From Macrostomum lignano (lineage: Eukaryota), in the NCBI GenBank assembly GCA_002269645.1, contig NIVC01001014.1, positions 1-64,000 on the forward strand: a stretch of 64,000 nt of DNA, read 5' to 3'. A program made the position numbers and the translations under genes. The notes under the pieces are model-generated. The model saw only the letters and a list, made by a program, of their open reading frames with translations, made no database searches and was not told where the DNA came from. Shown here in pieces: positions 26,563-39,838 of the stretch (positions are counted from its first letter, which is position 1; the number at the start of each line of letters is the position of its first letter).

Positions 26563-27064
26563 CAGTCACGTTTTCATCGGGTGAGTGCGAGATTGAGATG
26601 AGAATCGATGAGTTGAGATTGATGAGACTGCAGACTGACATGTGAGGATGAGGGAACCGCGAGTGAAGAAAATTGACGAGAGAGACCGCGGTGGGATGGA
26701 CTGCCGACACCGACTCTGGTGAGGCAACCGACTTTCTTTTATGACTTGACATGACGCTTCTCTTATGCTCGATATGACGCTTACATTGACAAATTTTTAA
26801 CGCTTCGCTAGTGCATCCGGTATGCTCTCGAGAAATCGGATTTTACTTGACCAAATCTGTCTATGGCCCTAACAGCGTTCAGCGCTATGCGTTCACACAA
26901 GGAATTCTTTAGAATTCCTTCGTTATGTATATAATCTTTGTCTGTTCTTTTGGTTCCTATGGCAGAGAAAGGCTTTCTGTCTTTCTGTCATAGACACCAA
27001 AATAATTCTAATTCCAGAATTCCTTCGTTCGCCACAACCAATGCGTTCTCTTGGTTCACCAGAC

Positions 27065-27916
27065 CCACTGGCCCTCAACCCCCCTTGCCCACTGGCCCTC
27101 ACCCTCACTGGGCCTCAACCCACTGGGCCTCACCCAAACTGGGCCTCAATCCCACTGGGCCTCACCCAAACTGGGCCTCAACCCCACTGGGCCTCACCCA
27201 AACTGGGCCTCAACCCCCACTGGGCCTCAACCCCAATGGCCCTTCATCGCAAAAATAGACTGGGCTTACCAACTGCAATAACCTTCCTTCTTAACACTTC
27301 TAGTCCTATCAACGTCACCTTAAACGAGCTGTCCCGAAGGGCACACCGCGATTAAGCAATTACAGGATTATAACAACTCGATCTATTCATACAGAAAGAC
27401 AGGTGATTTTGAATTATCGGTTCTCATGTTCTCATGGCGACGGATTGGGGGAGTCTCAAGTTCTCATGAGTTTGAATTGGCGAGTCTCATGTTCTCATGG
27501 CAATGGATTGGGGAGTCTTATTCTCATGAGTTTTTATTGGCGAGTCTCATGTTCTCATGAGTTTGGATTGGCGAGTCTCATGTTCTCATGGCGATGGATT
27601 GGGGAGTCTCATGTTCGCATGAGTTTGGATTGGCGAGTCTCATGTTCTCATGGCGATGGATTGGGGAGTCTCATGTTCGCATGTGTTTGAATTGGCGATT
27701 CTCATGTTCTCATGGCGATGGATTGGCGAGTCTCATTCTCATGAGTTTGAATTGGCGAGTCTCATGTTCTCATGGCGATGGATTGGCGAGTCTCATGTTC
27801 GCATAAGTTTGAATTAGCGAGTCTCATGTTCGCATGAGTTTGAATTAGCGAGTCTCATGTTCGCATAAGTTTGAATTAGCGAGTCTCATGTTCGCATGAG
27901 TTTGAATTAGCGAGTC
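27065..27916. repeat. Two adjacent minisatellites (ggcctcaaccccactg-type 27065-27242; gagtctcatgttctcatg-type 27405-27916)
   Basis: Direct reading. Confidence 0.9.
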
Positions 27917-28431
27917 TTTCTGTGCTCGTACTCGCATAAATAATTAAATAAATGAAGAAAATACCAATAACTGCACATAAATTTCAATTATTTTTTCCAT
28001 TCTCAAAAGTCATGAACACTATGACTTTTGCAGAAATCTACGCCACAAACTGCTTTTGGCTTGAGAAAACAAAGTAGATTTTTGTTGTATTGTCCGCACC
28101 GATAAGAACAAGAACGCAGGATCAGACAGATAAATATAAAGCTGATACGAGCTAAAAGCAATGTCATCGGTCGGACAGATAACTAGACAAAGACAGACAC
28201 CAAAATCAAATCAAGTTCAATCAAAATCACTGCTCACTGGATGATAGATCAATAGTGGGGATTCAATTCAATTCAAGCGACTTCAAGTGTGTGGCATAAG
28301 AATGGTTCTCAGGGCTGCTTTGATGAAGATTGCTTTCTTGGAATCATTTTTAGTTTGAACTTTGAACTCAATTCGTTGTCATCATAAATGTTATGATGGA
28401 TTTGAGTTTATCTCTCCAGAGATTTAAAACT

Positions 28432-28860
28432 CTCATGACGAATCTCTTGATTGATTAGAGATGAATCTCATGATGGATTAGAGACGAATCTCATGGTGGA
28501 TTAGAGACGAATCTCATGATGGATTAGAGACGAATCTCATGATGGATTAGAGACGAATCTCATGGTGGATTAGAGACGAATCTCATGATGGAAAAAGAGA
28601 CGAATCTCATTATGGATTAGAGACGTACGAATGAATGAATCTCTTGATGGATTAGAGACGAATCCCATGGTGGATTAGAGACGAATCTCATGGTGGATTA
28701 GAGACGAATCTCATGGTGGATTAGAGACGTACGAATGAATCTCTTGATGGATTAGAGACGAATCCCATGGTGGATTAGAGACGAATCTCATGGTGGATTA
28801 GAGACGAATCTCATGGTGGATTAGAGACGAATCTCATGATGGATTAGAGACGAATCTGAC
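28432..28860. repeat. 23-bp minisatellite
   Basis: Unit gattagagacgaatctcatg(a/g)tg. Confidence 0.92.
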
Positions 28861-29258
28861 GGTGTATTAGAGAGGAATCCAAGGGAAAATTAGGTACAAA
28901 TATGGAAATTTAAAGACAATTATAATGCTAATTTCGAATCGAAAAGATACCAGAAACAGCAGCTAGACAGATAGTTAAACCACAACAGCACCACACACAG
29001 GCAGGTGACTATGACATGAAGTAGGCATGGCAACCGGCAGGCTACAAAAACTTACCTGGACAATCAATAGATTATAATGAATTTATGATCCAAATGTGTT
29101 ATTATGATTTTAAACACAAACAAAGTTTAAGCATAAGACTTAAACGCAATGAATGCTAAAATGTTTATAACTATATCCCTATCTCCATCAGCTAAACGCC
29201 GTCAAAAAGTACAAACAGTACTCTCGAAAAAAATAAAGGCAGTCTTGGCCAGCAGTCT

Positions 29259-32200
29259 TCAAGGCGTAAGCCGCTTCGGGTCGCGTGGAAACAAGGAAGT
29301 CTTGCGGATGTTGTCCAACCCGAGAAACAACATGGTGACCCGCTCCAGACCTGCGGCAATTCGTGAGGGGTACAAGTACACGCACTAGTCATGTTGAGTA
29401 ATAATTAGTCAGCTCAATGACCCCCTCAATAATTACAGGAGATGGCAATGACCCCCACCCCCATAATTACAGTGGAGGGCAATGACCCTACCCTCTCGAA
29501 TTATAACGGAAAGCTTTGACCACCGCCACCCATCCACCCTCATAAATATCCGCCCCTTCGGCATCCGCCCTCATAAATATCCGCCCCTATAGATATCCGT
29601 CCCCATAGGTATCCGCCCCCATAGGTATCCGCCCTCATAAATATCCGCCCCTTCGGCATCCGCCCTCATAAATATCCGCCCCCTTCGGCATCCTCCCTCA
29701 TAAATATCCGCCCCTTCGGCATCCGCCCTCATAAATATCCGCCCCCATAGGTATCCTCCCTCATAAATTTCCGCCCCCATAGGTATCCGGCTTCATAAAT
29801 ATCCGCCCCCATCGGCACCCGCCCTCATAAATATCCGCCCCCATTGGAATCCGCCCTCATAAATATCCGCCCCCATAAGTATCCGCTCTCATAAATATCC
29901 GCCCCCAATGGAATCCGCCTTCATAAATATCCGCCACATCGGCATTCGCCCTCATAAATATCCGCCCCATCGATCCTCCCCTTAGTCTCCGCCCCCAAGC
30001 AGCCCCCCTAAAACACACGGAGCCCTCACCAATGCCTCCGCCAGCATGGGGCGGGCAGCCGTACTTGAAGCAATCAACATAGGACTGCATCTTGGCCGTA
30101 TCGATGCCAAAACCCTGGGCCCGTTCAACCAACAAGGCCGGGTCGTGAATGCGCTGGGCGCCGCTCAAGATCTCTTCGCCTCGCATAAAAAAATCGTAGC
30201 TATTCGAATAGCCGGGCCTGGCCGGGTCGGGCATCGTGTAGAACGGCCGAGCAGCCAACGGGAACTTATCGAGTATATAAAAGTCCGTCTTGTACTTTGC
30301 TTTAACCAGACGGCCAAGCAGTTTCTCGTTAGGCGTTGACAGATCGTCAAAGTCGCCCTGTTCGGCTCCGGCCTCTCTTAGCATCCTGACGGCTTCGGGA
30401 AACTCTAGACGAAGAGTTGGTTCGAGAAACTCGAACGGCTCAGCCGGGTACTGCTTGCACACGGTGGAGATTAGATCGGCGCAGCTCGCCTGCAGGCCTT
30501 TGAATATGGCCACGAATAGTCGGCCGAGAGTGTCCAGCACCTCGTGGTAATGACTAAGGAACGCCATCTCCAAGTCTAGGCCAATAAATTCGGTCAAGTG
30601 CCGATGCGTGTTCGAGTCCTCCGCCCGGAATACGCTGCCGATGGTGAACACTCGATCGAAATCCCCCGCTATGGCCATCTGCTTGTAGAGCTGGGGAGAC
30701 TGGGCCAAGTAGGCCTTGGACTTGAAGTACGTCACCTCGAATACGTTGGCGCCGCCCTCTGATGCAGCGCTGATGATCTTCGGCGTGTGGATCTCCACGA
30801 AGCTTTCAGCTGCGGGGATTGCAGATTTGATGAGGGACTCTGATTGGGGATTCTGATTGGGGATTCTGATTGGGGATTCTGATTGGGGATTCTTGTTGGG
30901 GATTCTGATTGGGGATTCTGATTGGGGATTTCTAATTGGGGATTTCTAGTTGGGGATTCTGATTGGGGATTTCTAATTGGGGATTTCTAGTTGGGGATTC
31001 TGATTGGGGATTTCTAATTGGGGATTTCTAATTGGGGATTTCTAGTTGGGGATTCTGATTGGGGATTCTGATTTAGGATTCTAATTCGGGATTCTGATTT
31101 GGGATTTCTAGTTGGAGTTTCTGATTGGGGATTTTGGTTGGTGATTCTGGTTGGGGATTCTGATAGGGGAATTCCGGTTGGGGATTCTGATCGGGGATTC
31201 TGGTTGGGGATTCTGATTGGGGATTCTGATAGGGGAATTCCGGTTGGGGATTCTGATCGGGGATTCTGGTTGGGGATTCTGATCGGGGATTCTGGTTGGG
31301 GATTCTGATAGGGGATTCTGGTTGGGGATTCTGATTGGGGATTCTGATAGGGGATTCTGATTGGGAAATTCCGGTTGGGGATTCTGATTTAGGATTCAAA
31401 TTCGGGATTCTGATTTGGGATTTCTAGTTGGAGATTCTGATTGGGGATTTTGGTTGGTGATTCTGGTTGGGGATTCTGATAGGGGAATTCCGGTTGGGGA
31501 TTCTGATCGGGGATTCTGGTTGGGGATTCTGATTGGGGATCCTGGTTAGGGATTCTGATCGGGGATTCTGGTTGGGGATTCTGATTGGGGATCCTGGTTA
31601 GGGATTCTGATCGGGGATTCTGGTTGGGGATTCTGATTGGGAAATTCCGGTTGGGGATTCTGATTGGGGGTTCTGGTTGGGGATTCTGATTGGGGGTTCT
31701 GGTTGGGGATTCTGATCGGGGATTCTGGTTGGGGATTCTGATTGGGAAATTCCGGTTGGGGATTCTGATTGGGGGTTCTGGTTGGGGATTCTGATTGGGG
31801 GTTCTGGTTGGGGATTCTGATTGGGGGTTCTGGTTGGGGATTCTGATTGGGGGTTCTGGTTGGGGATTCTGATTGGGGATTCTAATTGGAGATTGGATGA
31901 ATTCAGGTTATGGATACTACGAGCTACTTTATTACATGCACCTATTATACTACTGCTAGCTAAGGGTAGTTAATCAGTAGGCCAGCAAGAACTCACCAGC
32001 CAGAGTGTCTCTGAAGAGTCGGCAAACTTCAGCCTCTAACCGGAATACGGCTTGGTTGGTTGGAGTACGCAGATCGATGACCCGATTATCGAGTTTAATC
32101 TCCTGACCGGCTGTGGCTAGAGAGGCTTGCTGTTGATTCGGGCGCATGGCGTCTTCAACTTGCAGTGGCAGGCGGGGCTCCGCAGCAGATACGCACCAGA

Positions 32201-34630
32201 TCTCAGTGGTATGCAGCTCCACCTGATTTCGATTCGGAGATTTACTGTCATGTATATCTAATCTGCCTAGTCTATCTGACCCCCTAGTCTATTCGACGGA
32301 TCTAAATCTAAGTCTATCTACCAGATTTTAAATCTAAGTCTATCTGCCAGATTTTAAATTTAAGTCTATCTGCCAGATCTACATCTACCCAGATCTACTC
32401 TATCTGCCAGATTTAAATCTACCCAGATCCAGTCTATCTGTCAGATATAAATCTATTAATCGCTAATCTGCAACAGAGCGAGCTGATGCCAATAATTTCT
32501 CACCTCCTGCTGCGAGCACGCGGCCACAGGTGAATCCACTTTACGCAGCACGCCAGCCACATCAACAATGGACTCTTTACTAACTGACGCGGCAAACTTC
32601 ATCATCTGACGGGACACAGCCGAGCCAACAGACAGCACACACTGCACAGAGTAGTGCTGATGCCGAATAACAAAGAAACCAGTTTTGCCTTTGAACCGAG
32701 ACGTGTGCAGGCGGCCTCGAATCCACACGGATTTCCCATCCAAGCTGGACTCCAACAGTTTGATAGGCGAGTAGGATTTGCTCAGAAAGTTCTCCGATCG
32801 GTTTAACGGCATATTGCCGTACAAACCCTGCGACACGTCGGCCTCGGACGATTCCGACGCGTCGGCAGCGGCATCGCCAGCGGAATTCTCCGTGGATGGG
32901 GCGCCTGCGGCTGCTTTATGGGCGGCTTTTTTCTCCTTTTTGGCCGCCTTTTTAGCCGCTTTCTCTGCCGCTTTCTTGGTGGCCTTGTCGCTTTTATTCA
33001 ATTGAAAGGTGGGGGGGGGGTTTCCTGTAGGAAGCCAGCCAAGTCGGCAAACGGGAGCTGCTGGGATGCTGAGACTCAATGGGGAGTTGCTGAGATGCAT
33101 ACTCATATCTTGACACACCTATCAACATCTCTAATCTACCCATATCTAGCCTATCAATATCTCTAATCTACCCATATCTAGTCTCCCCATCGATATCTAT
33201 AATCTACTCATATCTTGACTCACCTATCAACATCTCTAATCTACCCATATCTAGCCTATCAATATCTCTAATCTACCCATATCTAGCCTATCAATATCTC
33301 TAATCTACCCATATCTAGTCTACCCATCGATATCTCTAATCTACTCATATCTAGTCTCTCCTATCAATATCTCTAATCTACCCATTTCTAGTCTCTCCTA
33401 TCGATATCTCTAATCTGTCTATATCTAGTCTCTCCTATCAATATCTCTAATCTACCTATTTCTAGTCTCTCCTATCGATATCTCTAATCTGTCTATATCT
33501 AGTCTCTCCTATCAAAATCTCTCATCTACCCATATCTAGTCTCCCCATCGATATCTATAATCTACTCATATCTAGTCTCTCCTATCAATATCTCTAATCT
33601 ACCCATTTCTAGTCTCTCCTATCGATATCTCTAATCTGTCTATATCTAGTCTCTCCTATCAATATCTCTAATCTACCTATTTCTAGTCTCTCCTATCGAT
33701 ATCTCTAATCTGTCTATATCTAGTCTCTCCTATCAAAATCTCTCATCTACCCATATCTAGTCTCCCCATCGATATCTATAATCTACTCATATCTAGTCTC
33801 TCCATCAATATCTCTAATCTACTCATATCTAGTCTCTCCTATCGATATCTCTAATCTGTCTATATCTAGTCTCTCCTATCAATATCTCTAATCTACCTAT
33901 TTCTAGTCTCTCCTATCGATATCTCTAATCTGTCTATATCTAGTCTCTCCTATCAAAATCTCTCATCTACCCATATCTAGTCTCCCCATCGATATCTATA
34001 ATCTACTCATATCTAGTCTCTCCATCAATATCTCTAATCTACTCATATCTAGTCTCTCCTATCAATATCTCTAATCTACCCATATATAGTCTATCACATC
34101 GATATCTCTAATCTACCCATATCTAGTCTCTCCTATCAATATCTCTAATCTACCCATATCTAGTCTATCACATCGATACCTCTAATCTACCCATATTTAG
34201 TCTCCCCATCGATATCTATAATCTACTCATATCTAGTCTCTCCTATCGATATCTCTAATCTGTCTATATCTAGTCTCTCCTATCAATATCTCTAATCTAC
34301 CCATATCTAGTATCTCCTATCAATATCTCTAATCTCTCTAATCTAGTCTATCACATCGATATCTCTAATCTACCCATATTTTGTCTCCCCATCGATATCT
34401 CTAATCTACCCATATCTAGTCTCCCCATCGATACCTATAATCTGGACGAGGATGTGAACCCAGCAGAGCAGCTGATCAAAATGCGACTCATATCTAGTCT
34501 CTCCTATCGATATCTCTAATCTACTCATATTTAGTCTCCCCATCGTATAATCTACCCATATCTAGTCTCACCAACTAACTGCTTACCTATTGTCAGCGGC
34601 AGGTACTTCCACAGCTACGGGTTCCGACAT
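29259..34630 (-). CDS. DARS1: Aspartyl-tRNA synthetase, cytoplasmic
   Basis: Exons 34587-34630 ([14 protein letters not shown]), 32504-32990 ([24 protein letters not shown] fold), 31997-32222 ([18 protein letters not shown]), 30030-30809 ([65 protein letters not shown]), 29259-29350 ([29 protein letters not shown]). All phases are consistent. Confidence 0.96.
29530..29970. repeat. ~29-bp minisatellite, last DARS1 intron
   Basis: Unit ccctcataaatatccgccccttcggcatccg. Confidence 0.93.
30832..31890. repeat. 14-bp minisatellite, DARS1 intron
   Basis: Unit ttggggattctga(t)-like. Confidence 0.95.
33100..34570. repeat. ~37-bp minisatellite, DARS1 intron 1 (related short array at 32250-32455)
   Basis: Unit atatctagtctctcctatcgatatctctaatctaccc. 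Confidence 0.95.
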
Positions 34631-35954
34631 TAGTTTCTGTTTATGTTGGCAATTCGGCTCAAGTTAAAACTGACTGCACTTCAGTACACTTGAAAGTTTG
34701 CAGCGCAGCATGAATATAAAAATGAAAAGGTAAAAAAGTTCAAATGATTTAACAAAAATACAACTTTTCCTATACTTTTTGTTTAAAATGAATACTGCTG
34801 ATTAAACTCGCGGAGGGGGGGCATTGCAGACAAATAAAAGTAAAGATTTGCTTGCTTTTAATTTTGATGAATCTTATCTTCTCGATAGCTGGTTCTCATG
34901 TCTCACTCATTCACAGTCCCTGGTTCTCATGTCTCAGTCATTCACTGTCCGTAGTTTTTATTTATCACTCATTCAATGTCCCTAGCTCTCATGTCTCACT
35001 CATTCACTGCCCCTAGTTCTCATATCACTTGCATTCACTGTCTCTTATTTACTCTTTCTGATGTGCTCAGCATCAAACGAGATTATATGGTATACAAAAT
35101 TGAGGAAAAACCACACCCCACGGTTTCTACTTATCCAGCAAGTAGTATATAAAAATATAGAATTAGCTAAGGCTTCTTAACACCGCGCGAAAAAAATATT
35201 GAAATTACAAATGAACAATTAGGTAAGCAATATGAAAATAAAATAAACTGACGGCAACTCTAACCATAATAAAAGTAGTAACCTAGAGGTAACTAATAAT
35301 ACAAAGAATAACTTTTTTAAAGAAGTAACGCAAACTAAAAATATCTATTAATTTTTTACTCTGAGTATCTGCGTAAGCTTTTTATATATTTATATACACG
35401 GTTTATTACTGTACGTAAATTATATAATAGAAATATAAATACCGCAAAAAATTAAGAATCAGTCAAAACTTGATTCAAGCAGTTTTAACAAGAGTTATTA
35501 TTTTTTTGCCACACCCTATGCGAGTCAATAAAAAATATGCAAATTATATTACAATAAATTTTTTGAAATTTGCTACATCAGCTGTTTAAATTAATTTTAT
35601 CCAATTTATGGATAGGCACTATGATGGGAGATTCACCTATGCACTTTAGTGAGTGAGTTTATATGTACTTATATACCTTCTTATGTACTTTAACGGGTTT
35701 TTTTGTGTACTTTTATGAGTGCTTTGATTATTTTACCTTTATAGGGGCTACTATGATGTACTTTTATGCGTGCTTTTCTATGCACTTTAGTGAGATTTTT
35801 TCGATGCACTTTAAGGAGCGATTGTATTTTTTATTATTTTCATGGAAGCTTTCCTAACATGTATAATTCTTAGAAAGGCTTCAAATAAAGTACGACTACT
35901 TTAAAGACAATTCACAATGTTTTTAGCAGAAGCCTGACGAAAAAAAGTAAAAAA

Positions 35955-38011
35955 TTAACAGTCACCAGAAGACTGAGACGAAGTCTGCAACATTGCTTTC
36001 AACTTGGCATTCTCAATTTCAAGCAGTTCCACTTGCCGCTGCATATCTTGCACTTTAGTTAACAGCTGACTTGATTCTTCAGCTAAATGTACGTTTTGTA
36101 TCTGCAATTTGCCGAAATAATCCACCGCCTTGTTTAATACGGCACTTTTTGGCAGGCAGAGCCAAGGCGCTTGCTGCTGATCAAGCTGTTGTTGCTGATG
36201 CTGCTGCTGTAACTGAAGCTCCTGGTCTTGCTCTGAGTCCATTGTTAGAGCCTGCTGGCTGTCCGGAGAAGCCGAGGTTGCAGCGGCGGCTGCTGCTGCG
36301 TGGCCGCTCCATTCCTGAGCTGGCATCATCTCGGCCAGCTGGTTGATCAGCGTGTTGATCTTGTCACGGCGCCGCCGCTCCACCTGTGACACAGCGGCGA
36401 TTTTAAGGCCATTCTTAGAAAGGCGAATCCTATAGGGATGATTCTTAGAAAGGCGAATCCCACAGGGATGATTCTTAGAAAGGCGAATCCTACAGGGATG
36501 GTTCTTAGAAAGGCGAATCCTACAGAGATGGTTCTGAGAAAGGCGAATCCTACGGGGGAATTTCTGAGAAAGGCGATTCCTACGGGGGAATTTCTGAGAA
36601 AGGCGAATCCTACGGGGGAATTTCTGAAGAGGCGAATGCTACAGGGATAATTCTTAGAAAGGCGAGTCCTACAGGTGCGATTCTTAGAAAAGTAAACCCT
36701 ACAGGTGCGATTCTTTGAAAAGCGAATCCTACAGAGACGATTCTTAGAAAGGCGAATCCTATAGGGATGATTCTTAGAAAGGCGAATCCTACAGGGATGG
36801 TTCTTAGAAAGGCGAATCCTACAGAGATGGTTCTGAGAAAGGCGAATCCTACGGGGGAATTTCTGAGAAAGGCGAATCCTACGGGGGAATTTCTGAGATA
36901 GGCGAATCCTACGGGGGAATTTCTGAGAAAGGCGAATCCTACCGCGGAATTTCTGAGAAAGGCGAATCCTACGGGGGAATTTCTGAGAAAGGCGAATCCT
37001 ACGGGGGAATTTCTGAAGAGGCGAATGCTACAGGGATAATTCTTAGAAAGGCGAGTCCTACAGGTGCGATTCTTAGAAAAGTAAACCCTACAGGTGCGAT
37101 TCTTTGAAAAGCGAATCCTACAGAGACGATTCTTAGAAAAGCGAATCCTGCAGAGACGATTCTTAGAAAGGCGAATCCTACACAGCTGATTCTTAGAAAG
37201 ACGAGTCCTACAGAGGGGATTTTCAGAAAAGCGAATCCTACAGGGGTGATTCTTAGAAAAGGCTAATCTTACACTGGGCGACCCTTAGAAAGGCGAATCC
37301 TACAGGGTGATCATTTTAATGCGAGATTAGAAGACAAATATTACAGGACAATAAAAAATGCAATTCTCGCGAGAATTGACCTTCAGGCTACATCAGTTAC
37401 AGGGATTAAAGGGCCAAATGTTGATCAAAAAGGTTGCATTTAATTTTTACCTCATTATGACTTGATTTTCTACGCTTCTCCCGATCGCAGCAAGCCGACA
37501 GCTGTCCATTAGCTGCACTGCCGTTGACATTTCCAACAACAGAAGCAATGACTGGTCCGCCGCCGCCACCGCTGCTGCTGCTATTGCTATTGCTGTTGCT
37601 GCCAACAAGTCGATCTGAATCCAACAGAAAGTTCTGCTGCTGTTGAGAGTGAGACGGTCTGCCACTGCCGCCACTATAAGGTCGAGGTCGTTTAACAGCA
37701 TGCTGTTGATGATGATTGGCATCTATGGAATTCAGAGCGGCATTAGATTGCAATTGATAAGCGGCAATGTGTGAAGTAGTGGCTACAGAGGCAGTGGCAG
37801 CGGCAGAGCCAGCAGTAGTAGTAACGGAGCTGCTGGGCGTCACCATTATATAGATGTCACCGTTTGTGCCTTGCACCAACTGGCCAGTTGTTATGCTGGC
37901 AAGACTGCCTGCTGGGCCAATAGGCTGCGGCTGCTGCTGTTGCTGACCAGCTGATGATGAAGCTTCCAATGCGGCTCTCCAGCTTCCATTGGTGCCAATT
38001 CCGGGCCGCAT
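35955..38011 (-). CDS. USF-like bHLH-leucine zipper transcription factor
   Basis: Exons 37451-38011 and 35955-36383 join as REKRRKSSHNE|VERRRRDKIN..I.QL..M..KSAVLNKAVDYF..L..N..L, followed by a zipper (LEIENAKLKAML). This is a USF-family basic region. Confidence 0.85.
36410..37310. repeat. 27-bp minisatellite, USF intron
   Basis: Unit ttcttagaaaggcgaatcctacaggga-like, with an internal ~360-bp block duplication. Confidence 0.95.
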
Positions 38012-38171
38012 AGCGATGCAGTTATCAGAAATTTGAAGAATATTTCAGAAGGTTGACATTTTACCGAAATATAGAAAATATAAAACGGCTGAACCTGGTT
38101 CTGAAGCATCTGAAAAACTGAAACTAAAAAAACTAAGTTGCTGGGATGGGCCTAATGGGAAAGTGAGATAA

Positions 38172-39185
38172 GAGCTTATAGAATATGGGAAGGTGAGATT
38201 GGAGCTTACAGATTATGGGAAGGTGAGATTGGAGCTTACAGATTATGGGAAGGTGAGATTGGAGCTTACAGATTATGGGAAGGTGAGATTGGAGCTTACA
38301 GAATATGGGAAAGTGAGATGGGAGCTTACAGATTATGGGAACGTGAGATGGGAGCTTACAGAATATGGGAAAGTGAGATTGGAGCTTACAGAATATGGGA
38401 AGGTGAGATTGGAGCTTACAGAATATGGCAAAGTGAGATTGGAGCTTACAGAATATGGCAAAGTGAGATTGGAGCTTACAGAATATGGGAAACTGAGATG
38501 GGAGCTTACAGAATATGGGAAAGTGAGATTGGAGCTTACAGGATTTGGGAAAGTGAGATTGGAGCTTACAGGATATGGGAAAGTGAGATTGGAGCTTACA
38601 GGATATGGCAAACTGAGATTGGAGCTTACAGAATATGGGAAACTGAGATTGGAGCTTACAGGATATGGGAAAGTGAGATCGGAGCTTACAGAATATGGGA
38701 GTCTGAAAAAGTGATTGGGGTGTGATAAAGGAGAGTGGGAAAGTGATTATGGGCGTGGTAAAGGAGAGTGGGAAAGTGATTATGGGTGTGGTAGACTGTG
38801 GGAAAGTGATTATGGGTGTGGTAGACTGTGGGAAAGTGATTATGGGTGTGGTAAAGGAGTGTGGGAAAGTGATTATGGGTGTGGAAAGAGAGTGTGGGAA
38901 AGTGATTATGGGTGTGGTAAAGGAGTGTTGGAAAGTGATTATGGGTGTGGTAAAGGAGTGTGGAAAGTGATTATGGGTGTGGAAAGAGAGTGTGGGAAAG
39001 TGATTATGGGTGTGGTAAAGGAGTGTGGGAAAGTGATTATGGGTGTGGTAAAGGAGCGTGGGAAAGTGATTATGGGTGTAGTAAAGGAGTGTGGGAAAGT
39101 GATTATGGGTGTGGTAAAGAAGTGTGGGAAAGTGATTAGGGGTGTGGTAAAGGAGTGTGGGAAATTTATTATAGGTGTGGTAAAG
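38172..39185. repeat. 30-bp (38172-38700) and 29-bp (38710-39185) minisatellites
   Basis: Units gggaaagtgagattggagcttacagaatat and gggaaagtgattatgggtgtggtaaaggagtgt-like, sharing a gggaaagtga core. Confidence 0.95.
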
Positions 39186-39838
39186 CGATTAGACTGCTAT
39201 TTAAAAATGCTTAGTGCTGTTACAACCAGCAAGGAAGAAAAGATGAGTCATACTTTTTTATTAATATAGACGCATATCATGTTCTTAATTATGCGAAACG
39301 CCCAAATTATTTTATTTAGATTAAGTTGTTTTTGTTTATTTGTTTTGTTTATTCTGAATAAAATTGTACTACAGGCAGACAGACAGCAAACTTTCGAGCA
39401 GAAAGAGCTATTGTTATTTTTTTCAAAGGCGCTATGATCATAGCGGATTAAATAATGTTATTTAGTTGCTATGTTGCTATGCAGGTAGTGTCCTTACCTG
39501 TCCTTAACACCGCAGGTCTACAACTGCACTATGGGAGGAGTTGATAAATAGCGAAGAAAAAACATAAAAAACGGAGGAGGAACAGAGATTTGAATTACAA
39601 TATTAAAAAGCACAAAAAGATTAACAGACAAGGATAAGGATAACAGTTTTTGTGGTGCGGCCAACTTATTTGTATTAGATATTCACTAATATAATTGTAT
39701 ATTGGAACAACAGTTGACAGCCAAGTGAGGGAGGGACTTAGACGGCTAAAAATTGGTTGGGAAAAAAGAATATAAATTGTTTCTTATTATTTTTACTATG
39801 ATGATGATGATGATTATTATTTTTTTAACTCGCCGAGC

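Noticed and set aside
38193-39269. ELTEYGKVRL / GKVIMGVVKEC repeat ORFs
   Set aside because: 30- and 29-bp minisatellites on the strand opposite USF, with no codon-level divergence pattern.
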